This document shows, piece after piece, positions 8,956-17,435 of a stretch of DNA of 64,000 bases. Within the stretch, counting starts at the first letter, position 1; every line of letters begins with the position of its first letter. A program made the translations under genes and the position numbers. A model generated the notes under the pieces. It was given only the letters and a program-made list of their open reading frames with translations, searched no databases and was not told where the DNA came from. The stretch is from contig OY762926.1 of the NCBI GenBank assembly GCA_963666735.1, forward strand, positions 3,776,001 to 3,840,000. The letters run 5' to 3'. This stretch comes from Gemmatimonadota bacterium. GTDB lineage: Bacteria; Gemmatimonadota; Gemmatimonadetes; Palauibacterales; Palauibacteraceae.

Positions 8956-9515
8956 GAGCCGCGGAACGCGAGTTCACGGAGTACACCGGGGGCGAGCCCC
9001 TCGGACACGTCGTCTACTCCGCGCCGCAGATCGCGGACTGCGTCGCCCGCATGGGAGCGGACATCGCCGCCGCATACCCGCCGGACGCCGATATCCTGAT
9101 GCTGGGACTGCTCAAGGGGTCGTTCGTCTTCCTCGGCGACCTGGTCCGCCGGATCCGGCGGCCGCTGCAGGTCGACTTCCTCGTCGCGTCGAGCTACGGC
9201 AAGGGCACGAAGAGTTCGGGCAACGTGGAACTGCTCTACGACCCGCGGGCCCCGATGGCCGGCCGGCACATCATCCTCGTCGAAGACATCGTCGACAGCG
9301 GCACCACGCTGAACCAGTTGTGCGGCGCGCTCGTCGATCGAGGCCCCGCCTCTTTCGAGATCTGCGCGCTCCTCCACAAGCGCATCGCGCCGGACTTGGA
9401 GTGGGAGCCCCGGTGGGTTGGCTTCGATGCACCAAATGAGTTCCTTGTGGGGTATGGATTGGATCACGGGGAGGATTTTCGTCACCTTCCATTTATCGCG
9501 TGTCCCCGTACGTGA
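8952..9515 (+). CDS. hpt: Hypoxanthine phosphoribosyltransferase
   Basis: LKGSF.F, VEDIVDSGTTL, FLVGYGLD; ATGA overlap with tilS. Confidence 0.95.
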   Translation: MRAAEREFTEYTGGEPLGHVVYSAPQIADCVARMGADIAAAYPPDADILMLGLLKGSFVFLGDLVRRIRRPLQVDFLVASSYGKGTKSSGNVELLYDPRAPMAGRHIILVEDIVDSGTTLNQLCGALVDRGPASFEICALLHKRIAPDLEWEPRWVGFDAPNEFLVGYGLDHGEDFRHLPFIACPRT

Positions 9516-9576
9516 GCCGTTCGGGAGACAGTCGCAGGCGAGATATCGGAGCCGGAACAGGTCGGAATAGATCAAA

Positions 9577-11589
9577 ATGAGACAAGACCAGCCGCAGAGG
9601 CCGCCACAGAGGCAGGACGGCAGCGATTCCTCGGGCCGCATGCATCGATGGCTCAGGACCGCGTCGTTCTGGGCGCTGCTGATCCTGATCCCCGTCGCGC
9701 TTCTCCAGTTCATGGGAAGCGCCGGGGAGAGCCGGGAGAAGCTGACCTACACGCAGTTCCGCCAGCAGATCACGCAAGGGAACATCGAGTCGATCCAGGT
9801 GCGCCTCGGAACCGGCGAAGTGGAGGGCAGACTCAGGAGTCCGATCACCGTCGAGGAGACGGAGGTCGGGAACTTCCATCTCCTGCTTCCGACGCGCGAG
9901 ATCGGCGACGCCCTCATGAGCGAACTCCTCGCGGCCGACATCGCGATCGAAACGCTTCCCGCGCGCAGCAACTGGCTGAACGTATTCATCTCGATCCTTC
10001 CCTGGATCTTCATCATCGGACTATGGCTCTTCGTCATCCGGCAGATGCAGGCCGGAGGATCGCGGGCCTTCAGTTTCGGGAAGTCGAAGGCCAGACTCCT
10101 GAGCGGAGACACGCCGAAGATCACCTTCGCCGACGTCGCGGGGTGCGATGAAGCGAAGGACGAATTGCAGGAGATCATCGAGTTCCTCAAGGATCCGCGG
10201 AAGTTCTCGCGCCTCGGCGGACGCCTGCCGAAGGGCGCGCTGCTCGTCGGGCCGCCGGGGACCGGCAAGACGCTCCTCGCGAGAGCCGTCGCCGGGGAGG
10301 CCGGACGACCGTTCTTCTCGATGTCCGGCTCCGACTTCGTGGAGATGTTCGTCGGCGTGGGCGCTTCCCGCGTCCGTGACCTCTTCGAACAGGGGAAGGC
10401 CCAGGCGCCCTGCATCATCTTCATCGACGAGATCGACGCGGTCGGACGCCACCGCGGGGCCGGTCTCGGGGGCGGGCACGACGAACGGGAACAGACGCTG
10501 AACCAGTTGCTCGTGGAGATGGACGGCTTCGAGTCGAACGAAGGGGTGATCCTCCTCGCGGCGACGAACCGGCCGGATGTGCTCGACCCCGCGCTCCTGC
10601 GCCCGGGTCGCTTCGACCGCCAGATCGTCGTCGACAATCCCGATATCAAGGGGCGCGAGGGGATTTTCCAGGTGCACACGCAGGACATCCCGCTCGCCGA
10701 CGATGTCGACCTCGCGGTGCTGGCGAAGGGGACCCCGGGACTCTCGGGCGCGGATATCGAGAACGTCGTGAACGAGGCCGCGCTCATCGCGGCGCGGGAC
10801 GACAAGGATCGCGTCTACATGGACGAATTCGAGCGGGCCAAGGACAAGGTCATGCTTGGCACCGAGCGCCGGAGCATGGTGATCTCCGATGAGGAGCGCC
10901 GCGTCACGGCCTACCACGAGGCGGGGCATGCCGTGGTCGCCCTCCGCGTTCCGGGGCTGGATCCGCTCCACAAGGTGACGATCGTTCCCCGCGGGCGTGC
11001 CCTCGGGATCACGGCCTCGCTGCCCGAGGAGGACCGCCACAACTACACGAAGGACTGGCTCGAGGGCCAGCTCAAGATGCTCTTCGGCGGTCGCGTGGCC
11101 GAAGAGATGATGTTCGGCGAGGGCAAGATCACGACCGGCGCGGGCAACGACATCGAGCGCGCGACGGACCTCGCGCGCCGCATGGTCACCCAGTTCGGGA
11201 TGTCGCCGGCCGTGGGCGCGATGTCCGTGGGGGACCGTGAACAGGAGGTCTTCCTGGGACGGGACCTCTCGCAACGCCGCGAGGTGAGCGAGAAGACGGC
11301 CGAACTCGTGGACGGCGAGATCAAGCGCATCCTGGATGAGTCGTACGCCGCCACGCATAACGTCCTCGAAGAGAATCAGACGCTGCTCGAAGCGATCGCG
11401 AAGGCGCTGCTGGAGCGGGAGACGCTCGACTCGGAGGACATCAAGCTGCTCGAGGAGGGCAGGGAGTTGCCGGCTCCGGTCCCGGAACCCGTCCAGCCGC
11501 CGCCGACGCCGGCGACCGTGGAGCCGGCGCCGCAGCGGGAGCGTCCGCTGGAGGGTGCGGGGGGCGAGCCCGCCCCGGCCCCGGCCTGA
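9577..11589 (+). CDS. ftsH: ATP-dependent zinc metalloprotease FtsH
   Basis: Two TM segments, [36 protein letters not shown]. Confidence 0.98.
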   Translation: MRQDQPQRPPQRQDGSDSSGRMHRWLRTASFWALLILIPVALLQFMGSAGESREKLTYTQFRQQITQGNIESIQVRLGTGEVEGRLRSPITVEETEVGNFHLLLPTREIGDALMSELLAADIAIETLPARSNWLNVFISILPWIFIIGLWLFVIRQMQAGGSRAFSFGKSKARLLSGDTPKITFADVAGCDEAKDELQEIIEFLKDPRKFSRLGGRLPKGALLVGPPGTGKTLLARAVAGEAGRPFFSMSGSDFVEMFVGVGASRVRDLFEQGKAQAPCIIFIDEIDAVGRHRGAGLGGGHDEREQTLNQLLVEMDGFESNEGVILLAATNRPDVLDPALLRPGRFDRQIVVDNPDIKGREGIFQVHTQDIPLADDVDLAVLAKGTPGLSGADIENVVNEAALIAARDDKDRVYMDEFERAKDKVMLGTERRSMVISDEERRVTAYHEAGHAVVALRVPGLDPLHKVTIVPRGRALGITASLPEEDRHNYTKDWLEGQLKMLFGGRVAEEMMFGEGKITTGAGNDIERATDLARRMVTQFGMSPAVGAMSVGDREQEVFLGRDLSQRREVSEKTAELVDGEIKRILDESYAATHNVLEENQTLLEAIAKALLERETLDSEDIKLLEEGRELPAPVPEPVQPPPTPATVEPAPQRERPLEGAGGEPAPAPA

Positions 11590-11606
11590 GGGCGCCCGGC
11601 GCGCGG

Positions 11607-12548
11607 ATGGGGATGGGGCTCTCGACGGTCGGGCCGGCAAGCACCTGGCGAGTAGGCGATCGCGAGATCTCTCTCGCATCACCCGTGATCGCGGGGATCC
11701 TCAACGTCACGCCCGATTCGTTCTCGGACGGCGGCCGGTTCGACCGGCCTCGCGCGGCGATCGCGCGAGGTTGGCAGATCGCGGAAGAGGGAGCGGCGAT
11801 CCTCGATATCGGAGCCGAGTCCACGCGACCCGCCGCCGACCCGGTGCCGGCGGAAGAGGAATGGGCCCGGCTTGAACCCGTGCTCCGAGGACTGCGCGAT
11901 CTCCCGATCCCCGTCTCCGTGGATACGTCCAAGCTCGAGGTGGCGGAGCGGGCGGTCGATGCGGGCGCCGCGGCGATCAACGATGTGACCGCCCTGCGCG
12001 CCGATCCGGCGCTGGCGGGTCTCGCGGCCCGCACGGGCGCCGGGCTCGTCCTCATGCACATGCGCGGCACGCCCCGGACCATGCAGCTCGACACCGCCTA
12101 CGGCGACATCGCGGCGGAGGTGCGCGGCGCTCTGGCCGACGCCCGGCGGACGGCGCTCGACGCGGGCTGCGAGCCGGGGCAGATCGCGGTCGACCCGGGG
12201 CTTGGCTTCGGCAAGTCCCTGGATGGCAATCTCGAACTGCTGGCCCGGCTCGACGAGATCGCGGCGCTCGGAGCGCCGGTGTGGGTCGGCCCGTCGCGCA
12301 AGTCCTTCCTCGGAGCGCTGCTCGGCGTGGGGCCGGATGAGCGCGTGACGGGCTCCGTGGCCGCGTCCCTGGCCGCGGCGCGGCGGGGCGCCGATGTGCT
12401 CCGCGTGCACGATGTTCGCGAGACGCGCCAGGCGCTTGACGTCGAGGGCGCAATCGACGCGGTCGATGCCCGCGACGCGGTCGATGCCCGCCGCGCCGCC
12501 GGCGCCCGTCCGCCCGCCCGCCCGCAGGCGGCTGGGGGCCGCGGCTGA
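11607..12548 (+). CDS. folP: Dihydropteroate synthase
   Basis: GILNVTPDSFSDGG, GAESTRP, DPGLGFGK, SRKSF, RVHDV. Confidence 0.96.
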   Translation: MGMGLSTVGPASTWRVGDREISLASPVIAGILNVTPDSFSDGGRFDRPRAAIARGWQIAEEGAAILDIGAESTRPAADPVPAEEEWARLEPVLRGLRDLPIPVSVDTSKLEVAERAVDAGAAAINDVTALRADPALAGLAARTGAGLVLMHMRGTPRTMQLDTAYGDIAAEVRGALADARRTALDAGCEPGQIAVDPGLGFGKSLDGNLELLARLDEIAALGAPVWVGPSRKSFLGALLGVGPDERVTGSVAASLAAARRGADVLRVHDVRETRQALDVEGAIDAVDARDAVDARRAAGARPPARPQAAGGRG

Positions 12549-13417
12549 TGGATGCCCTCTGGAACTACCTGCGCCTCCTTCAGATCGATCTCCTGGACGC
12601 CTTCGAGATCACCGTCGTCGCGGTCCTCATCTACCGGGTGCTCATCCTCTGGTCCGGCACCCGGGCGTTCCAGATGCTGTTCGGCCTCGTCCTCCTCGTC
12701 GCGGTATACGCGGCGGCGGGATGGCTCAGCCTCGACCTCATCCGGTCGATTCTCTCGCAGGCCTTCACCTACGGGGCCTTCGCGCTCATCGTCGTCTTTC
12801 ACCCGGAATTGCGGAACGCGCTCGCCCGGATCGGCCGCAACCGCGTGCTGAGCGCGCTGACCCGGCTTCAGGAGCGGAGCGAGGCGGTCGCGGATGAGAT
12901 CGCGAAAGCGGCGGCCGAACTGTCCCGCACCCGGACCGGGGCGATCATCGCGATCGAACGCGAACTGTCGCTCGAGGAGTACATCGAGAAGACGGGGACG
13001 CGGCTCCGGGCCGACGTGTCGTCCAGCCTGCTCGTGTCGCTGTTCACGCCCAGGTCGCCCCTGCACGATGGGGCGGTCGTCGTGCGCGACGGGCAGATCG
13101 TGGCCGCCGGCGTCCACCTGCCGCTCACGCAGTACCCCCTCAGCGACCGGACGCTCGGCACCCGGCACCGCGCCACGCTCGGCCTTTCGGAGGAGACCGA
13201 CGCGTACGTCGTCGTCGTATCCGAGGAGACGAGCCAGATCTCGCTCGCGCGTCGCGGCGTCCTGCGCCGGAACCTGGCGGCGCAGCAGCTCCGGGACCAC
13301 CTGGCGGCCGATGTCGCGGCACCCGAACCGAGCCGCCCCGGCGCCGGTCTCGACACGGAGTCCGCGGACCGGCCGGACGGGCCCAAACGGTTTGACGAGG
13401 TGCCGTCCGTCCCCTAG
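12548..13417 (+). CDS. cdaA: Membrane-bound diadenylate cyclase (c-di-AMP synthase, CdaA/DacA type)
   Basis: Three N-terminal TM segments, F.PELRNAL, PLHDGA and GTRHRA catalytic motifs, VVSEET. Confidence 0.93.
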   Translation: MDALWNYLRLLQIDLLDAFEITVVAVLIYRVLILWSGTRAFQMLFGLVLLVAVYAAAGWLSLDLIRSILSQAFTYGAFALIVVFHPELRNALARIGRNRVLSALTRLQERSEAVADEIAKAAAELSRTRTGAIIAIERELSLEEYIEKTGTRLRADVSSSLLVSLFTPRSPLHDGAVVVRDGQIVAAGVHLPLTQYPLSDRTLGTRHRATLGLSEETDAYVVVVSEETSQISLARRGVLRRNLAAQQLRDHLAADVAAPEPSRPGAGLDTESADRPDGPKRFDEVPSVP

Positions 13418-13420
13418 ACT
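13392..13420 (+). promoter_or_regulatory. Sigma-70-type promoter for exbB-exbD-exbD-tonB, inside the cdaA 3' end
   Basis: TTGACG (13392-13397) - 17 bp - TAGACT (13415-13420). Confidence 0.75.
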
Positions 13421-13481
13421 TGCGAGCCGGGACCAGGCCGGCATTGGGCGACAAATCCCTCACGGGCAGGCGACAGGCAAT

Positions 13482-14147
13482 ATGGGCAATCAGTACGAGC
13501 TGCTGACTCTGTTCACCGATGGCGGGTTCATGATGTACCCCCTTGTCCTCTGCTCGCTGATCGCGATCGGCGTGATGCTGGCCAAGGCGTGGACCCTGAC
13601 GATCGCCCATCGCGACTCGAAGCGACTGCTCGACGAGATCGAGAACCTCGGCGTGAGCGGCCGCCTCGGCGAAGCGATCACGACGGCCGAAGAGACGCGG
13701 GGACCCGTCGCCGCGATCCTCCTCGCCGGTCTGCGCCGACTCCGCGACCGCGGCAGCGAGGCGCGCTCCGACGGGAAGGACATCCAGAAGGCGATCGCAA
13801 CGACGGGCGTGATCGAGCTCGACTTCCTCGAACGCGGCCTCACCGTCCTCGGCACGATCGCCAACGTCGCTCCCATGCTGGGTTTCCTCGGCACCGTGAT
13901 CGGGATGATTCTCGCCTTCCAGGCCATCGAGATCGCGGGCCAGGTCGAGCCGGGCCTCGTCGCCGGCGGCATCAAGGTGGCGCTCATCACGACCGCCACC
14001 GGCCTCTCGATCGCGATCCCCGTCAACATCGGCTACAACTTTTTCGTCACCCGCATCGACCGTCTCATCCTCGACATGGAGGAAGGGGCGCAGGAGGTGC
14101 TCGGGCTGATCTGGGACCTCGAGGACCGCGGCGCGCGGGCGAGCTGA
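13482..14147 (+). CDS. exbB: MotA/TolQ/ExbB proton channel protein
   Basis: GGFMMYPL, APMLGFLGTVIGMI, GIKVALITTATGL. Confidence 0.9.
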   Translation: MGNQYELLTLFTDGGFMMYPLVLCSLIAIGVMLAKAWTLTIAHRDSKRLLDEIENLGVSGRLGEAITTAEETRGPVAAILLAGLRRLRDRGSEARSDGKDIQKAIATTGVIELDFLERGLTVLGTIANVAPMLGFLGTVIGMILAFQAIEIAGQVEPGLVAGGIKVALITTATGLSIAIPVNIGYNFFVTRIDRLILDMEEGAQEVLGLIWDLEDRGARAS

Positions 14148-14195
14148 CGCGCCCGAGTCGCACCTCCGGGCGAAAAACGGAGAAAGAAGTCCACA

Positions 14196-14618
14196 ATGGC
14201 GATCATGAAGCGCAAGCAGAAGGTGTCGGATGAGATCCCGACCTCTTCGATGGCGGACATCGCGTTCCTCCTCCTGGTCTTCTTCCTCACGACGACGGTG
14301 TTCAACGAGGAACGGGGACTGCCGATCGTGCTCCCGGAGCAGGCCGAGGAGCAGGACGTGTCGGGACGGAACCTGATCTTCTTCATCGTGCAGCCCGACG
14401 GCCGCGTGATCGTGCGCCGGGGAGAGAGCGAGCAGGAACAGGTCGTGGCGCACACGCAGGTCGCGAACATCCTGCGCACCGAACTGGCCGGCAACGAGAA
14501 TCTCATCGCCGCCATTCAGACGCACCCGGACGCGCCCTACCGTCACATGGTCAACGTGCTCGATGAAGTGAAGCTGGCGGGCGCCGAGCGAATCTCGCTA
14601 CAGGAGATGGAGAACTAG
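14196..14618 (+). CDS. exbD: ExbD/TolR family protein
   Basis: IPTSSMADIAFLLLVFF (conserved Asp), periplasmic domain with APY..MVNVLD. Confidence 0.9.
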   Translation: MAIMKRKQKVSDEIPTSSMADIAFLLLVFFLTTTVFNEERGLPIVLPEQAEEQDVSGRNLIFFIVQPDGRVIVRRGESEQEQVVAHTQVANILRTELAGNENLIAAIQTHPDAPYRHMVNVLDEVKLAGAERISLQEMEN

Positions 14619-15065
14619 ATGGCCATCAAGGACAGCGGCTTCAAGAAAAAGTCCGGGTCGGACGGGTCGATCCCCACTTCGTCCATGGCCGACATCGCGT
14701 TTCTCCTTCTCATCTTCTTCATGGTCACGACCGTCTTCCGGAAGGATCGGAACCGGCAGATCGAGTGGACGACCGCCGAGGCCACCGAGAAGATCGACGA
14801 GAAACGGCAGAACATCCTCCATCTCTGGGTTCAGCGCGACGGTTCGGTCTGGATCAACGACGTGCTGACGCCGTTCGAGGACATCTCGGAAACCGTTCGG
14901 CCCATCTATGCGGAGAACCGCGAACTCGTGATCGCGATTCGCGGCGACTCCGAGGTGCCTTATCAGCAGATCAATACAATTACGGAAGAATTGCAGGCAT
15001 CCGGCGCGGTGCGCGTAACCTTCGCCACACGACTCGAGCAGCGCGCCATGCGGGCTCGGCGCTGA
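14619..15065 (+). CDS. exbD: ExbD/TolR family protein, second copy
   Basis: IPTSSMADIAFLLLIFFMV, IRGDSEVPY. Confidence 0.9.
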   Translation: MAIKDSGFKKKSGSDGSIPTSSMADIAFLLLIFFMVTTVFRKDRNRQIEWTTAEATEKIDEKRQNILHLWVQRDGSVWINDVLTPFEDISETVRPIYAENRELVIAIRGDSEVPYQQINTITEELQASGAVRVTFATRLEQRAMRARR

Positions 15066-15137
15066 CGCGGGGTTCTGGCCGCGGGCTGCCGGAAGTAGCA
15101 GCCACACCACGGGCTTCTGGAGACCGGGAGGAAAACG

Positions 15138-15797
15138 ATGGAAGAGACCGGCATTCGGCTCACAGCGAACGATCAGTTCAAGCGGGCGAGCACCAACTGG
15201 ACACAGATCGGCCTGATGGCGGCCGTCATGCTCCACTTCGGGCTGTTCGTGATCGTACAACCGTTCGAAGCGGCGGACCTCGGCGTCGTCGCCGATGAAA
15301 TCGAGGCCGTGGCGTTGCCGCCCGAAGTGAAGATCCCGCCGCCGCCGGAACAGATCGCCCGTCCGGCCACCCCGCGGGTCGCATCGGTCGACATCTCCGA
15401 GGACATCACGATCGCGGAAACGACGTTCGAGTCGTTCACGACGGAGAACGCCCTGCCCCCGCCTCCCGAGACCGGGAGTCCGGCGGACCGGCCGTCCTTC
15501 ATCGCGTACGACACGCCTCCCGTGATGCTGAACCAGGGTGAGGTTCAGCAGATTCTGGAGCGGGAATACCCGCGCACGCTGAAGGATGCCAGCATCGGCG
15601 GTCGCGTCGAACTCTGGCTCTACGTGACCGAGGCCGGAGCGGTCGGGAACTTCGAGGTGAAGACCTCCTCCGGGAACCCCCTGCTCGACGAGGCCTCGGG
15701 GAGAGTCGTGCAGCAGATGAGGTTCACGCCTGCGAAGAGCCGCGACAAGGTCACGGCGGTCTGGGTCTCCCAGTGGGTGACGTTCCAGGTGATCTAG
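15138..15797 (+). CDS. tonB: Energy transducer TonB
   Basis: N-terminal TM with His, Pro-rich linker, YP...G.V, SSGNPLLDEA, FTPA. Confidence 0.88.
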   Translation: MEETGIRLTANDQFKRASTNWTQIGLMAAVMLHFGLFVIVQPFEAADLGVVADEIEAVALPPEVKIPPPPEQIARPATPRVASVDISEDITIAETTFESFTTENALPPPPETGSPADRPSFIAYDTPPVMLNQGEVQQILEREYPRTLKDASIGGRVELWLYVTEAGAVGNFEVKTSSGNPLLDEASGRVVQQMRFTPAKSRDKVTAVWVSQWVTFQVI

Positions 15798-15847
15798 ATT
15801 ACGGAGACACCACACTGGCCGTCCCGCAGTTTCTGAAGCAACGGCAA

Positions 15848-15889
15848 GCGCCCGGCGACGCCAAAGCGACGCCGGGCGCCTGTTTTTTT
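15848..15889 (+). terminator. Intrinsic terminator after tonB
   Basis: GCGCCCGGCG...CGCCGGGCGC stem followed by T7. Confidence 0.85.
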
Positions 15890-15974
15890 CCGGGTCCGAC
15901 GGGCGCCGCCGGAACCCCGCCGGACCCCGGCGAATGGCTCGCATCGCCGGGCGCGGGCCCGTAGACTGTGCCGC

Positions 15975-16673
15975 GTGACGAAAGATCAGGTCGAGGCCCG
16001 GCTGGCCATGGTGACAGAGCGCATCGAGGCTGCCGCGAGGCGGGCCGGGCGGCGCGCGAGCGAGGTCGAGGTCCTCCCCGTGACGAAGGGACATCCCGCC
16101 CGGGGGATCGAGATCGTGAAGGCGCTCGGCGTGGACCGGATCGGCGAGAACCGGGTGCCGGAAGCCGAAGGCAAGCGGTCGGAACTGGGACTGACGCCCG
16201 GCGTCGCGTGGCACCTGATCGGCCGGCTGCAGCGCAACAAGGCGCGACGTGCGGTCCGGTTGTTCGATGTCGTCGAATCCGTGGACAGCGTACGGCTCGC
16301 CGGCACGCTGAGCCGCATCGTCGAGGAGGAGCGGCGTGCACCGGTCGAGGCGCTCGTGCAGGTGAACACGTCGGGAGAGGCGGCGAAGGCCGGCTTGGGC
16401 CCGGATGTGGCGCTCGACGCCGTGGCCGAGATCTGCGAACTGCCCGGTCTGCGCGTGGCCGGGCTGATGATGATGGCGCCCTTTACGGTGGACGAAACCG
16501 TGGTCCGGCCCGCGTTTCGGCGCGCCGCGCGGCTGCTGGAGCGCTGCCGGGCGGAGATTCCGGCCTTCGAGGGCCGGGCGCTCTCGATGGGGATGAGCAA
16601 CGATTTCGAGATCGCGATCGAGGAGGGGAGCACGCGGGTGCGGCTCGGCACGGTGCTGCTGGGGGAGAGATGA
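15975..16673 (+). CDS. yggS: PLP homeostasis protein (YggS/YlmE family)
   Basis: VTKG, IGENR, WHLIGRLQRNK, LSMGMSNDFEIAIEEGST.VRLGT. Confidence 0.95.
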   Translation: MTKDQVEARLAMVTERIEAAARRAGRRASEVEVLPVTKGHPARGIEIVKALGVDRIGENRVPEAEGKRSELGLTPGVAWHLIGRLQRNKARRAVRLFDVVESVDSVRLAGTLSRIVEEERRAPVEALVQVNTSGEAAKAGLGPDVALDAVAEICELPGLRVAGLMMMAPFTVDETVVRPAFRRAARLLERCRAEIPAFEGRALSMGMSNDFEIAIEEGSTRVRLGTVLLGER

Positions 16674-17356
16674 TCGGCCTGACACCGCTTGACGTCCGCA
16701 AGAAGAGGGACGACTTCAGGCGTTCCGTGCGCGGCTACGACGCGCAGCAGGTCGATGCGTTTCTGGCGGTCGTGGCGGACAGCCTCGAACGCCACGTGCG
16801 CGAGCACGTCGTGCTCAGCGAACGGCTCGAGCAGCAAGAGCAGCAGCTCGAGAGCTACAGGGCCCGCGAGAAGGCCCTCAACGAAGCGCTCCTGGCGGCA
16901 CAGGAGTTGCGCGAGGAGGCTCGCCGCCAGTCCGAGCGCGATGCGGCCGTGCGGGTCCGGGAGGCCGAAATGCGCGTGGGCGCCGTTCTCGCCGACGCCG
17001 AGCGAGCCGTCCGCCTCTGCCACGAGAAGGTCGACGATCTGAAGGCGACCCGGAGCCGGTTCCTCGCCTCGCTGCGGAAACTGTTCGAGCGCTTCGACGA
17101 ATACCTCGACTTCGAGGATGAACGGTTCGGGGACGGATCGAGCGACCTCGACCGGTTCGGCGAGCGGCTGCGGGAGCTGCGAGAAACGAGCGAAGGCTCC
17201 GATCCGGTCGAAACGGCCGGGGACGGGGCCCGCGAGGTGGCCGCCGCCGAGCCTGTGGCTCCGGTGGCTCCGGCGGCTCCGGCGTCCAATACCGAGCCCC
17301 CGCCTCCATCGATTAGCCGGGTCGACGTCGGCGGTTCGGGCGCCGCGTCGACCTGA
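16670..17356 (+). CDS. divIVA: DivIVA domain-containing protein
   Basis: LTPLDV..F.RS.RGYD..QVDAFL followed by coiled coil; ATGA overlap with yggS. Confidence 0.88.
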   Translation: MIGLTPLDVRKKRDDFRRSVRGYDAQQVDAFLAVVADSLERHVREHVVLSERLEQQEQQLESYRAREKALNEALLAAQELREEARRQSERDAAVRVREAEMRVGAVLADAERAVRLCHEKVDDLKATRSRFLASLRKLFERFDEYLDFEDERFGDGSSDLDRFGERLRELRETSEGSDPVETAGDGAREVAAAEPVAPVAPAAPASNTEPPPPSISRVDVGGSGAAST

Positions 17357-17435
17357 CCGCAGCACCCCGCTGCGTACGCCCGCCGTTCCGACGACCGCGT
17401 CGACCATCCAGGAAATAACCAGACGGAGTACCTCC

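Noticed and set aside
12894..13481. Long N-terminal extension of ExbB in the ORF track
   Set aside because: Overlaps cdaA; the promoter at 13392-13420 and family similarity support ATG 13482
17118..17435. N-terminal extension of IleRS or a T-box leader
   Set aside because: Overlaps divIVA out of frame; the ~80-bp spacer is too short and has no T-box consensus
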